From an uncultured Gemmatimonadales bacterium (GTDB lineage: Bacteria > Gemmatimonadota > Gemmatimonadetes > Longimicrobiales > Gaopeijiaceae): DNA of 64,000 nucleotides. Position 1 is the first letter of the stretch; every line of letters starts with the position of its first letter. A model generated the notes under the pieces. It had not been told where the DNA came from. It ran no database searches and was given only the letters and a program-made list of their open reading frames with translations. Below are positions 53,530 through 63,180 of the stretch, one piece after another. The stretch covers positions 1 to 64,000 of the forward strand of contig CAWGKG010000020.1 in NCBI GenBank assembly GCA_963823035.1, written 5' to 3'. The position numbers and the translations under genes are program-made.

Positions 53530-55266
53530 ATGACCAACCACCTCGTCGCCCCCTACGGGGGAGTCCTTCAGAATCTCCTGGTCGATGACGCCCGCGCGGC
53601 CGAGCTCAGGACGACCTCCGCCGACTGGCCGTCCTGGGACCTCACGGAGCGGCAGCTCTGCGACGTCGAGCTCCTCATGAATGGAGGGTTCTCCCCCCTC
53701 ACCGGGTTCATGCGCCGGGACGACTACGAGGGCGTGGTGGAGGGGATGCGTCTGGCGGATGGCACGCTCTGGCCCCTCCCGATCACGCTGGACGTGACGG
53801 AGGCCATGGCGGAGAAGCTGTCCGAGGGCGGGATGCTCGCGCTCCGCGATCCGGAGGGCGTCATGGTGGCGGCCCTCCACGTCGAACAGATCTGGCGCCC
53901 CGACCTCCGGCACGAGGCCGAGGCGGTCTTCGGCAGCGACACCGGCGCCGCCCTCGAGGAGCACCCCGGCGCCCGCTACCTCCTGGAGCAGTCCAACCCC
54001 GTGTACGTGGGTGGCCGCGTCGAGGGCGTCGAGATCCCGGCGCACTACGACTTCCAGATGCTGCGCCTGACGCCGGCCGAGAGCCGTGCCCGCTTCGCCA
54101 AGCTCGGCTGGCAGAAGGTCGTGGCGTTCCAGACGCGGAATCCGATGCATCGGGCCCACCAGGAGCTCACGCTGCGAGCCGCCAAGGAGGTCGAGGCCAG
54201 CCTGCTCATCCACCCCGTGGTGGGGATGACCAAGCCGGGCGACGTGGACCACTATACGCGCGTCCGCTGCTACCAGGCGCTGCTGCCGAGCTATCCGAAG
54301 AACACGGCGATGCTCTCCCTCCTCCCCCTCGCCATGCGCATGGGTGGGCCGAGGGAAGCCGTGTGGCACGCGATCATCCGCAAGAACCACGGGTGCACGC
54401 ACCTCATCGTCGGCCGTGACCACGCCGGTCCCGGATCGGATTCGTCCGGCAAGCCCTTCTACGGCCCGTACGACGCGCAGGAGCTGTTGCAGAAGCACGA
54501 GGAGGAGCTCGGCATCTCCATGGTGCCGTTCAAGCTCATGGTGTACGCCCCGGAGCACGACTCCTACTACCCCGCGGACGAGGTTCCCGAGGGCGTGGAG
54601 ACGGTGAACATCTCCGGCACCGAGCAGCGCCGCCGCCTGCAGCTCGGCATCGAGCTTCCCTCCTGGTTCACCTTCCCGGCGGTGGAGGAGGAGTTGCGGA
54701 AGTCGTCGCCGCCGCGGCACCGTCAGGGTCTCACCGTGTTCTTCACCGGCCTCTCGGGCTCGGGTAAGAGCACGATCGCGAACGCGCTCATGGTGAAGCT
54801 GCTCGAGATGGGCGGCCGGCCGGTCACCCTCCTCGACGGCGACCTGGTGCGCAAGCACCTGTCCAGCGAGTTGGGCTTCAGCAAGGAGCACCGGGACATC
54901 AACATCCGGCGCATCGGCTTCGTCGCCTCGGAGATCACGAAGAACGGCGGGATCGCCATCTGCGCGCCGATCGCTCCGTACGACGGGGTGCGCCGCGAGG
55001 TGCGGGAGATGATCGAGCCGCTCGGCGGGTTCGTCCTGGTCCACGTCGCCACCCCGCTGGAGGTGTGCGAGGGCCGCGATCGGAAGGGCCTCTACGCCAA
55101 GGCCCGCAAGGGGATCATCAAGGAGTTCACCGGCATCAGCGACCCCTACGAGGAGCCCACGGACGCCGATCTGGCGATCGACACCACGGGGATCTCTCCC
55201 GAAGAGGCCGCCCACCAGATCATCCTGCACCTCGAGAAGGAGAACTTCATCGGGGTGTCCGCCTGA
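53530..55266 (+). CDS. sat/cysC: Bifunctional sulfate adenylyltransferase / adenylylsulfate kinase (PAPS synthesis)
   Basis: GGFSPLTGFM, FQTRNPMHRAH, IVGRDHAG; APS kinase motifs FTGLSGSGKST, LDGD and FTGISDPYEEP. Confidence 0.95.
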   Translation: MTNHLVAPYGGVLQNLLVDDARAAELRTTSADWPSWDLTERQLCDVELLMNGGFSPLTGFMRRDDYEGVVEGMRLADGTLWPLPITLDVTEAMAEKLSEGGMLALRDPEGVMVAALHVEQIWRPDLRHEAEAVFGSDTGAALEEHPGARYLLEQSNPVYVGGRVEGVEIPAHYDFQMLRLTPAESRARFAKLGWQKVVAFQTRNPMHRAHQELTLRAAKEVEASLLIHPVVGMTKPGDVDHYTRVRCYQALLPSYPKNTAMLSLLPLAMRMGGPREAVWHAIIRKNHGCTHLIVGRDHAGPGSDSSGKPFYGPYDAQELLQKHEEELGISMVPFKLMVYAPEHDSYYPADEVPEGVETVNISGTEQRRRLQLGIELPSWFTFPAVEEELRKSSPPRHRQGLTVFFTGLSGSGKSTIANALMVKLLEMGGRPVTLLDGDLVRKHLSSELGFSKEHRDINIRRIGFVASEITKNGGIAICAPIAPYDGVRREVREMIEPLGGFVLVHVATPLEVCEGRDRKGLYAKARKGIIKEFTGISDPYEEPTDADLAIDTTGISPEEAAHQIILHLEKENFIGVSA

Positions 55267-55269
55267 CCC

Positions 55270-57043
55270 ATGGGCGTCGACGCCTGGTTGACGCTGCTGG
55301 TCATCGGCGGCGTGTTCGTCGTGATGGCGAAGGACCTGGTGTCGCCGGCCGCCGCCCTCTTCTCCGCCGTCACGATCCTCCTGGTCGCGGGCGTGCTCAC
55401 GCCCGCGCAGGCGTTCGCCGGGCTTCGCCAACCCGGCGCCGATCACGGTGGCCGCGCTCTACGTCCTGGCGCGTGCGGTGGAGAAGAGCGGCGCGCTCCA
55501 ACCGGTGGTGAGCGCGATGCTGGGACGCGGCAGCGGGCAGCGGGCGGTCCTCACCAGGCTGTCCGTGCCCGTCGCCGCGGCGTCGGCGTTCCTGAACAAC
55601 ACGCCCATCGTGGCGATGCTGGTTCCCCAGGTGACGGACTGGGCGGAGCGGAACGGGCAGTCACCGTCCCGCTACCTGATGCCGCTCTCCTTCGCGGCGA
55701 TCCTGGGTGGCATGGTGACGCTGATCGGGACGTCGACGAACCTGGTGATCTCCGGGCTCCTGGAGGCCAGCGGCCGGGAGCCGCTGGGGATGTTCGAGCT
55801 GACGCGCATCGGGCTGCCCGCGGCGGCGCTGGGCGTGGGGCTCATGGTGCTGCTGGCGCCGATCGTCCTTCCCGAGCGCAGGATCCCCCGTCAACAGGCG
55901 GAGGCGGCGGCCCGGTCCTTCACGGTGCAGATGAAGGTCGCGACGGGCGGCGCCCTCGATGGGGCGCAGGTCGAGGCGGGCGGACTCCGGCACCTGCAGG
56001 GCGTGTTCCTGGTGGAGATCGGCCGGGACGACGAGACGATCGCGCCGGTGGGCCCCACCACGGTGCTCCAGGGTGGTGACCGGCTCACCTTCGTGGGGCA
56101 GGTGGACACGGTGGTGGACCTGCACGCCATCTCGGGGCTGGAATCGGCCGAGCATACGCACCTCCTCGAGTTCGACAGCCCCCGGCACACCTTCTTCGAG
56201 GCCGTGGTCGGTGAGACGTCGCCCCTCGCCGGCACGTCGCTGAAGGAGGCGGACTTCCGCGAGCGCTACCAGGCGGCGGTCGTGGCCATCCACCGCGCGG
56301 GCGAGCTCGTGCGCGGGAAGCTGGGTCAGATGCCGCTGCGGCCCGGTGACACCCTCCTGCTGATCTCGGACGAGGGCTTCCGGGACCGGTGGCGCGACCG
56401 CAGCGACTTCCTCCTCATCTCGCGGCTCGGGGGCACGCCCCCGGCGGTCTCGCGGAAGGCCGGGATCGTCGCCACGGTGGGGATCGCGATCGTGGCCGGC
56501 GCCGGTCTCGGGCTCATGCCCGTGCTGCACCTCTCCCTCCTGGGTGCCCTGGCGCTGGTGGCGTTTCGCGTGCTCACCCCCGGGGAGGCGAAGAACTCGG
56601 TCGACATCGAGGTCATCGTGGTGATCGCCTCCGCGTTCGGGCTGGCCGCGGCTCTGGAGGCCTCCGGGCTGGCGCACGCCCTGGCTTCGCCGATCGCTGG
56701 CGGGACGCTGGGGGCCCTCGGGCCGCGCGCGGTGCTGGCGGGGCTGGTGCTGGCCACCATCGGCCTGAAGGCCGTGGTGACGAACAACGCGGCGGCGGCG
56801 CTCATGTTCCCGCTCGCCCTGTCCACCGCCGCCGAGCTGGGGCTGAACGTGCGAGCCGTGACCGTGGCGATCGCGATCGCCGCGTCGGCCTCCTTCCTCA
56901 CGCCCATCTCCTACCAGACGAACCTGATGGTCTACGGGCCGGGAGGGTACCGCTTCGGCGACTACGCCAGGCTCGGCATCCCGCTCACCATCCTCGTGGT
57001 CGCGCTCGTGCTGATCCTGGTCCCGATGGAGTGGGGCCTGTAA
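55270..57043 (+). CDS. SLC13/DASS permease with TrkA-C domains (candidate sulfate transporter), frameshift ~55425
   Basis: SAFLNNTPIV, TLIGTSTNL, two RCK-C-like segments, TNNAAA and TPISYQTNLMVYGPGGY. Confidence 0.9.
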
Positions 57044-57061
57044 CCGCCTTGGTCCGCCGGC

Positions 57062-57745
57062 CTACCAGAATCCCCACGCCCCGCGGAGCAGCACCCACAC
57101 GCCGAGCGCGCCGTTCGTGACGGCGTGCGCGGCGATGGCGACCCACAGGCTTCCGGTGCGCCGGTAGAGGAGCCCGTAGGCGAGGCCCGCGAGAAGGCCC
57201 GCCAGCCAGAGACGGTGCTCCATCGCGAAGACCGCGGAGGAGAAGAGGAGCGCCTTCCACCCGACCGAGCGGGGATCGACGTCCAGGAAGCGCGTGCGCT
57301 CGATCCAGCGCAGGATGAACGAGCGCCAGAAGAGCTCCTCCATCACGGGCACGACCAGGGCCGAGCCGGCCAGGCGGGTGAGCGCCAGTCCCGCGTGGAT
57401 GCGGCCGTCGACGCGCGGGTCGAAGCCGTCGCTCTCGCCGACCACGAAGGGCGGGAAGTCGAGGAGGATCCAGATCACGAACACGCCCACGCCGACCGCG
57501 ACGGCCGCGCCCCACGCCGCGGCCCCCACCCGCGGACCGTCGCGCAGCTCCTCGTAGCGGCGGAGGAGCAGGAGCATGACGACGGCCGTGACGGCCGAGC
57601 GGACGGCGTACAGCCAGCGCTCGTCGACGCCCAGGGCCGGGCCCACCACAGGCTCCAGGGCCATCAGGGCGATGAAAAGCGCGAAGGGGAGTACGCGGGG
57701 CCACCCGGCGGGAAAGCCGCCGGCGGGTCGGATCGTCTCGCTCAA
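57062..57745 (-). CDS. CAAX prenyl protease-related (CPBP) protein of the type found with exosortase systems
   Basis: PVMEELFWRSF, FAMEH and AHAVTN. Confidence 0.88.
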   Translation of the reverse strand: MSETIRPAGGFPAGWPRVLPFALFIALMALEPVVGPALGVDERWLYAVRSAVTAVVMLLLLRRYEELRDGPRVGAAAWGAAVAVGVGVFVIWILLDFPPFVVGESDGFDPRVDGRIHAGLALTRLAGSALVVPVMEELFWRSFILRWIERTRFLDVDPRSVGWKALLFSSAVFAMEHRLWLAGLLAGLAYGLLYRRTGSLWVAIAAHAVTNGALGVWVLLRGAWGFW

Positions 57746-57754
57746 GGTCGGCCG

Positions 57755-59842
57755 CTACCGTTTGGATTCGTCGAGAAGGCGGAGGCCCTCCATGAGCACC
57801 GACTCCGTGGGGTAGTCGATGGTGGCCTCCGGGAAGCGCGTCTCCTGGCGCACGGTGAACTCTCCCTCGTCCTCCCAGGCGATGACCTCGTGTACGGCCC
57901 GCTCGCCCTCGATGTCACCGAGCTTGGCGTGCGTGAGTCGGCCCTTCTGCATGTAGATCACCGCGGGCTCGGACTCCGGGCGTGACAGGTCGATCCGCAC
58001 GGTCTTCAGGCCCTGGCTCAGCATCTGGATCAGGTCGAGGAAGGAGAAGACCTCGAAGGTCGCCGAGAACTGGCCGGCCTGCGACGTCTCCGTCGCACGG
58101 TCGCGGGAGCGTGAACGGATCGCGCGGTTGATGCGCGCCGCCACCAGGTCGAAGTCGTGGGGTGGCCCGAACACGTCGTCGACGCCTACGTCCAGGAGGT
58201 TGAGCACGAGCGACGGGTCGGTGGAGTCGGTGAGCACGAACAGCAATGCCGCTCCGCCCAGCTTGGTCACGCGGCTGAACTTGTCCACCTGGGTCGGGAA
58301 CTCCTCGTGGTCGATCACGATCGCGGCGGGAGGCCGCCGCTCGGCGATGGTCTGAGCGTCGGCCAGGTCGTTCGTGGTGATCACTTCACGCCCCACGCGG
58401 CCGAGCGCAGGGGTGAGCGACCGGTCGATGCGCTCGGCCCCCACCAGCAGCACCTGCCGGTCTCCCTGACTGTCCGCCACGCCCCCGCGGTCCGCGATCA
58501 GCCGGAGGTAGCCCTCGATGAACTCCTGCGTGGCCAGGCGTCCGCCCTTCTCGCGCAGGCGGGTACGCAGGCCGATCATGCGCTCTTCGTCCGTGCCGAT
58601 CAGCGAGGGCACGTGGTTGTGCCGATACCATGCGACCGAGAGGATCTGAGCGGCCAGCACGGTTTCGGCCGGCCAGTCGTCACAGTCGGAGGGGTCGACG
58701 CGCCCGCTGAAGAGCGCGTAGCATGCGGCGAGCAGCGCGTCCAGCTTCCAGGGGAAGCGTATGCGTGTCGCCAGCTCGAGCGAAGACGCGAAGGCCGCGA
58801 ACGGCTCCGCCGTCCCCACCGGGTCGACGGAGGACGCCACCTGCGCGGGGAGGAGGAGGTGCACGCCGAGGTGGAGGCCGTCCCTCGCGACGCGGCGCAT
58901 GCGGTGGCGCTCCGCCATCGCCATCACGTCCGCCGCGATCAGGCCGTACGGAGGGGAGGCGCCCAGCTGCGCGCAGCGGTAATCGGCCAGCGCCTGCACG
59001 GCGCTGCGCAGGCTCGCGCTGGTGGCGTCGTAGGGGAGAGGATTCTCCAGGAGCGCGCCGCTCACCGAGGAGAAGACCACGACCTCCATCGAGGGCGTTG
59101 GGATGCGGCCCTGCGCCAGCCACCCGGTGAAGGCTTCGACCATCTCGCTGGACAGGAGCACGGTCTGGTACTCCGTGGCGCCCAGCTCGGCGCGGACCTC
59201 CTCCAGCGTGGAGACCACCGTGAGCTCCCGGCCCTCCCGGTGGAAGAGCGGCGGGAGGAAGTTGCCCCGCGACGCGGCTGCGGTGACCATGAGCACGTTG
59301 CCGCCGGGGCTCTGCCCGTCGTCGGCGGCTTCGCCCTGCGCCCCATCGCTCGGCGCCTCCGCGGCGAAGAGCTCGGGCAGGACGATCCGGTGGGCCTCGC
59401 CCTGTCCGGGTGCCAGCCGCGCGCCGAGGTTCTTCAGGAGCCGGTCGGGGGCGAGCGCGACGCGCACGCCCTTGGCGTCGAAGGCGTCCTTGACGCGGCG
59501 CACGGTCTCCTCGTCGGCCGGGTTGGCGACCGCCAGCGAGAGCACGCGCTGCTGCTCGTTCCAGGAAAGCGGCACGGCCAGCCCATCCGCCACGACATCG
59601 GCGGGCATACGCGCCACGAGCTCCCTGGAGATGGACTTCTCCTCGGGCTCCAGGGTCGGGATGCGGAACTGCTCCGCCAGCGCCTCGAAGAGCTGCTGCT
59701 CCGTGATCACGCCCATCTCCAGGAGGTTCCTGCCGAGCCGTCCTCCGTGCGTCTCCTGGCGGCGGAGGGCGCGCGTGATCTGGTCCTGGTCGGCGTAGCC
59801 CAGCCGGTGGAGGATCTGGTCGAGTCGAGCGGTCTTCCTCAT
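57755..59842 (-). CDS. MshEN/GspE-N domain + degenerate REC + DUF4388 signalling protein
   Basis: RLDQIL..LG...AL.RQ and RLGRNLLEMGVITEQQLFEALAEQ; LAVANP; C-terminal FLDLIQML...W.EGEF...LMEGLRLLDE. No ATPase domain. Confidence 0.75.
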   Translation of the reverse strand: MRKTARLDQILHRLGYADQDQITRALRRQETHGGRLGRNLLEMGVITEQQLFEALAEQFRIPTLEPEEKSISRELVARMPADVVADGLAVPLSWNEQQRVLSLAVANPADEETVRRVKDAFDAKGVRVALAPDRLLKNLGARLAPGQGEAHRIVLPELFAAEAPSDGAQGEAADDGQSPGGNVLMVTAAASRGNFLPPLFHREGRELTVVSTLEEVRAELGATEYQTVLLSSEMVEAFTGWLAQGRIPTPSMEVVVFSSVSGALLENPLPYDATSASLRSAVQALADYRCAQLGASPPYGLIAADVMAMAERHRMRRVARDGLHLGVHLLLPAQVASSVDPVGTAEPFAAFASSLELATRIRFPWKLDALLAACYALFSGRVDPSDCDDWPAETVLAAQILSVAWYRHNHVPSLIGTDEERMIGLRTRLREKGGRLATQEFIEGYLRLIADRGGVADSQGDRQVLLVGAERIDRSLTPALGRVGREVITTNDLADAQTIAERRPPAAIVIDHEEFPTQVDKFSRVTKLGGAALLFVLTDSTDPSLVLNLLDVGVDDVFGPPHDFDLVAARINRAIRSRSRDRATETSQAGQFSATFEVFSFLDLIQMLSQGLKTVRIDLSRPESEPAVIYMQKGRLTHAKLGDIEGERAVHEVIAWEDEGEFTVRQETRFPEATIDYPTESVLMEGLRLLDESKR

Positions 59843-59855
59843 GCGTGGCGTTCGG

Positions 59856-60947
59856 CTACCGCGTCGGCCCGCCCGTGGGCTCGCGCCCGCCCGTGCGCGC
59901 GTAGGCGAGCATGGCCGTGGGGTCCTCGGCGTAGCGCGCGGCCTCCTCGCCCGTGATCACATTCGAGGCGATGAGGTCCTTGAGGCTCTGATCGAGGAGC
60001 TTCATCCCCTCCTTCTTTCCGGTCATGATCACGTTGTTGACCTGGTGCCCCTTCGAATCGCGGATCATCGTGCGCACCGCGGGCGTTCCGACGAGGATCT
60101 CCATCGCCGCCACCCGGGCCTTCCCGTCCTTGCGGCGCACCAACTGCTGCGAGCAGATGCCCACCAGCACCTCGGAGAGGGCCACACGCACCGCGGACTG
60201 CTGCTCCACGGGGAAGGCGTCCGCGATACGGCTGATGGTCTGTGCCGCCGACTTGGTGTGCAGGGTGGCCATCACGAGGAGCCCGAGCTCCGCCGCGGTC
60301 AGCGCGAGGGAGATCGTCTCCAGGTCGCGCATCTCCCCGACCAGGATGACGTTCGGGTCGGCGCGCAGCGCGCCTCGCAGCGCGTCCGCGAACGTGAGGC
60401 TGTGCTCGCCGATCTGGCGCTGATTGATGAGGCACTTCTTGTTCGTGTGGATGAACTCGAGGGGATCCTCCAGCGTCACGATGTGGTGGTTCATGTTCTC
60501 GTTGAGGTAGTCGACCATCGCGGCGAGCGTGGTCGACTTGCCCGAGTTCGTGGGCCCCGTGACGAGGATCAGGCCGGAGCGGCTCTGGACCATCTTCTTG
60601 AGGACCTCGGGCATGCCCAGCTCGTCGAGCGTGGGCACCTCGTGCGGGATGGCGCGGAAGGCCGCGGCCAGGCCGGGGTGCTTCTTGTAGGCGTGGATGC
60701 GGAAGCGGGCTACGCCGTCGATCGTGTGGGCGCAGTCGAGCTCGCCGTGGTGCTCGAAGTGGCGGATCTGGGCTTCGGTGAGCAACTCGTACATGAGGAG
60801 GCGAATCTCCTCGGCCGCCAGCTCACGGTGCTCGGCCCTCTGGAGCGCCCCGTTGATGCGCAGCACGGGAGGAGACCCGGCGCTGAGGTGGAGGTCGGAC
60901 GCCCCCTCCGCGCGCATGATCTTCAGGAATGTATCGATCTTGGCCAT
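59856..60947 (-). CDS. pilT: PilT/PilU type IV pilus retraction ATPase
   Basis: ASDLHL, Walker A GPTNSGKST, TLEDPLE, DPNVILVGEMRD and TLHT. Confidence 0.9.
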   Translation of the reverse strand: MAKIDTFLKIMRAEGASDLHLSAGSPPVLRINGALQRAEHRELAAEEIRLLMYELLTEAQIRHFEHHGELDCAHTIDGVARFRIHAYKKHPGLAAAFRAIPHEVPTLDELGMPEVLKKMVQSRSGLILVTGPTNSGKSTTLAAMVDYLNENMNHHIVTLEDPLEFIHTNKKCLINQRQIGEHSLTFADALRGALRADPNVILVGEMRDLETISLALTAAELGLLVMATLHTKSAAQTISRIADAFPVEQQSAVRVALSEVLVGICSQQLVRRKDGKARVAAMEILVGTPAVRTMIRDSKGHQVNNVIMTGKKEGMKLLDQSLKDLIASNVITGEEAARYAEDPTAMLAYARTGGREPTGGPTR

Positions 60948-61000
60948 GGCCGGACCTTCCAGGTGGTTGCACTACCTCACATGGTGGGGCGGGCCAGGCG

Positions 61001-61546
61001 TCAGGCGCGCCCGAGGATCGCCTCGACGAAGTCCAGGAGACGGCCTCTGAGCCACGAGGCGTCCAGTCGGTCGACGGGGCAGGCACCCAGGACCACGCGC
61101 ACGGGCGGTTCTTCGGCGAGCCAGTAGGCCGCCTCGACCTGGGCGCCCTCACCGTGCTTCACCACGAACTCCAGCGTGGCGCGCGTCCGGCCCTCCTCCA
61201 CCTTCAAGGGCCCCGGCTGTGGCCAGAAGAGGACGCGCAGGGCGGGCTCGGAGAGGTCGAGCAGGTCCTGGACGCGCAGCCTGTGGTTCGCCGTCCCCAG
61301 ACGCCGCTCCATGCGCTCGATCTCGGGGATGCCTTGCGCACGGATGAACGCAGCGGGGTCGGTCGAAGGTTGGGGCTCCTCCTCCGGCGCCACGGGTGGA
61401 GGGGTCCTTGGCCCGATGCGCTTGCGCGGGCGCCTCATGGAAGGAGGCTCCGGTACCGTCGTGCCCGGGCCCACGGCGGCCTCGACGCCCGGTTCCGTCC
61501 AGGGCTCGAAGACGTCGAAGAGGTCCTCGGGGGTATCGGCACTCAC
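61001..61546 (-). CDS. Hypothetical protein (paralog of the neighbouring gene)
   Basis: 181-aa ORF tightly packed in the pilT operon direction; shares a motif with 61548-62018. Confidence 0.65.
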   Translation of the reverse strand: MSADTPEDLFDVFEPWTEPGVEAAVGPGTTVPEPPSMRRPRKRIGPRTPPPVAPEEEPQPSTDPAAFIRAQGIPEIERMERRLGTANHRLRVQDLLDLSEPALRVLFWPQPGPLKVEEGRTRATLEFVVKHGEGAQVEAAYWLAEEPPVRVVLGACPVDRLDASWLRGRLLDFVEAILGRA

Positions 61547-61547
61547 C

Positions 61548-62018
61548 TCATTCTCCTTCCAGCGACTCCCGCACGAACTGCATGAGCTGCTCCTTCACCC
61601 AGATATCGTCCACCGCGCCGTGGCGCGCCGTGCCCTGCACGTGCATCCGGTCGAGCCCTTCGGCCGTCCACCGTCTGGCGCTCAGGGTGTCCGGATCGGG
61701 GTCGCCCCACACCAGCTCGAGGCTCGACCGCTCCGGCTCGACGTCGTCGAGTGGGCCGGCCTTCGGCCAGAAGTGGATGCGCACGCTGGGAGGGTAGGCG
61801 TCCAGAAGCTCCTGATGGATGATCTTGTGGCCGGCCTCCTGAAGCCGCGAGGCCACTTCGCGTGCCGGACCTACGGCATATCTACGCAGAACCTCGGCGC
61901 CGCGCTTGCGCGAGTCCTCGAGACGGATCGCGCGCTGCACCTGGCGTCGGGTCTCCTCCTGTTTTCGGCGTTCGTAGCCCGAAAGGAGGACGTCGAGACG
62001 ATCTCCAAGTTCTTCCAC
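61548..62018 (-). CDS. Hypothetical protein
   Basis: 156-aa ORF abutting the next start; contains an FWP..GPL motif. Confidence 0.65.
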   Translation of the reverse strand: MEELGDRLDVLLSGYERRKQEETRRQVQRAIRLEDSRKRGAEVLRRYAVGPAREVASRLQEAGHKIIHQELLDAYPPSVRIHFWPKAGPLDDVEPERSSLELVWGDPDPDTLSARRWTAEGLDRMHVQGTARHGAVDDIWVKEQLMQFVRESLEGE

Positions 62019-62113
62019 GGTCGGTTGGTCTGATGGGGGGAAAGGTCAGACGTAAACAGATGTTGTGGGATTTGAAATATGCCCCACGGCGCGCGAGGGC
62101 GCCATGGTCCCGA

Positions 62114-63154
62114 TCACCGACTCCGAGTGTCGGCTCGTCTGCGGCGCAACATGAGGAACGCCACGTCGCCCGCCTCTGCCCGCCACGTCGCGTCGAACCC
62201 CGAGGCCTCCAGCCACGTGGCGAGGGCCGCGAGACGATAGCGCGTCGTGACGGCGAGATCGAGCCGATCGCGGTGCACGGGGGTGCCGGTGAGTCGCATC
62301 GAGCTGTGGAGTCCCCTGCAGCGGATCACGAGGTTGATCGCGCCCGGAACGACGGTCACGGAGCGGTCCACCGAGATGTCGATCCGCACGTCTTCGGCGG
62401 TGGCGAGCGTGGCGACCTCGGCGGGGCCGAACACGAAGCGTCGAACGGTCGGCAGGTCGTAGCTCTCGCACAGCCCGGCTCGTTCGACCAGCACGGACGG
62501 GTCGGCCGGCACGGACTCGAACGGGTGCAGGCGCGCGTCGAGGAGGAGGTGGTCGCCTGCCCGCATGAGCGCGCCGATGCTGCCGATCAGCTCCGCCTCG
62601 CGGTAGTTCCCCAGCGTGAATCCGGTGAGCGTGAAGAGGCGCGGTGCCCCTTCGCGCGGTTCGGGGATTCCCCGCACCTGCGCGTCCGTGAAGTCGGCGC
62701 ACACGGCCCGGATCGGGAAGGCCCCGTCGATCCCCTCGGCGGTGGCGATGCGGTGCACGGCGCGGCGCAGCAGCTCGAAGCTGAAGTCGATCCCGCAGTA
62801 GCACTCGACGCCCGGACCGGCCGCCAGCCCCCGTAGCAGCCGCTCGTCAACGCTACCGTCCCCCGGTCCGAGGCTCACGACGGTCACCGGCGCGTCGGCG
62901 CCGAGGGCCCCGACCAGGTCGCCGAGGACGGCGTCGATGGAGCCGAGCAGGCGCTCGTGCCCGTACGCGGGATCGTCGCAGACGTCGAGCCAGCGCTGCG
63001 CGCAGATCGGGTTGGCGTAGTGGTAGCGCAAGTCCGGTCGAACGGCGCGCTCGAGGTCCGCGTACACGGCGCCCGGGACGGCGTTCAGCTTCCCGTACAT
63101 CGTCGCATCGACCGTGAAGGTCACGCGCCCGTTCGGCGCCTCCTGCCGTGCCAT
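62114..63154 (-). CDS. EgtD-like SAM methyltransferase (L-histidine N-alpha-methyltransferase family)
   Basis: VVSLGPGDG, GIDFSFELL, CADF, GFTLGN, LLLD and YD; RBS GGAGAG precedes the ATG. Confidence 0.7.
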   Translation of the reverse strand: MARQEAPNGRVTFTVDATMYGKLNAVPGAVYADLERAVRPDLRYHYANPICAQRWLDVCDDPAYGHERLLGSIDAVLGDLVGALGADAPVTVVSLGPGDGSVDERLLRGLAAGPGVECYCGIDFSFELLRRAVHRIATAEGIDGAFPIRAVCADFTDAQVRGIPEPREGAPRLFTLTGFTLGNYREAELIGSIGALMRAGDHLLLDARLHPFESVPADPSVLVERAGLCESYDLPTVRRFVFGPAEVATLATAEDVRIDISVDRSVTVVPGAINLVIRCRGLHSSMRLTGTPVHRDRLDLAVTTRYRLAALATWLEASGFDATWRAEAGDVAFLMLRRRRADTRSR

Positions 63155-63180
63155 CCCCGCTCTCCCCTCCTCGGCAGCGT

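Noticed and set aside
52312..55446. 1044-aa minus-strand ORF ending in PEP-CTERM
   Set aside because: The upstream part is the antisense shadow of sat/cysC. The real gene starts at 53097 with a signal peptide and its own promoter.
1..56000. Many frameshifts, suggesting mass pseudogenisation or programmed frameshifting
   Set aside because: Indels are scattered through otherwise motif-intact genes, which is typical of long-read error. Individual true pseudogenes cannot be excluded.
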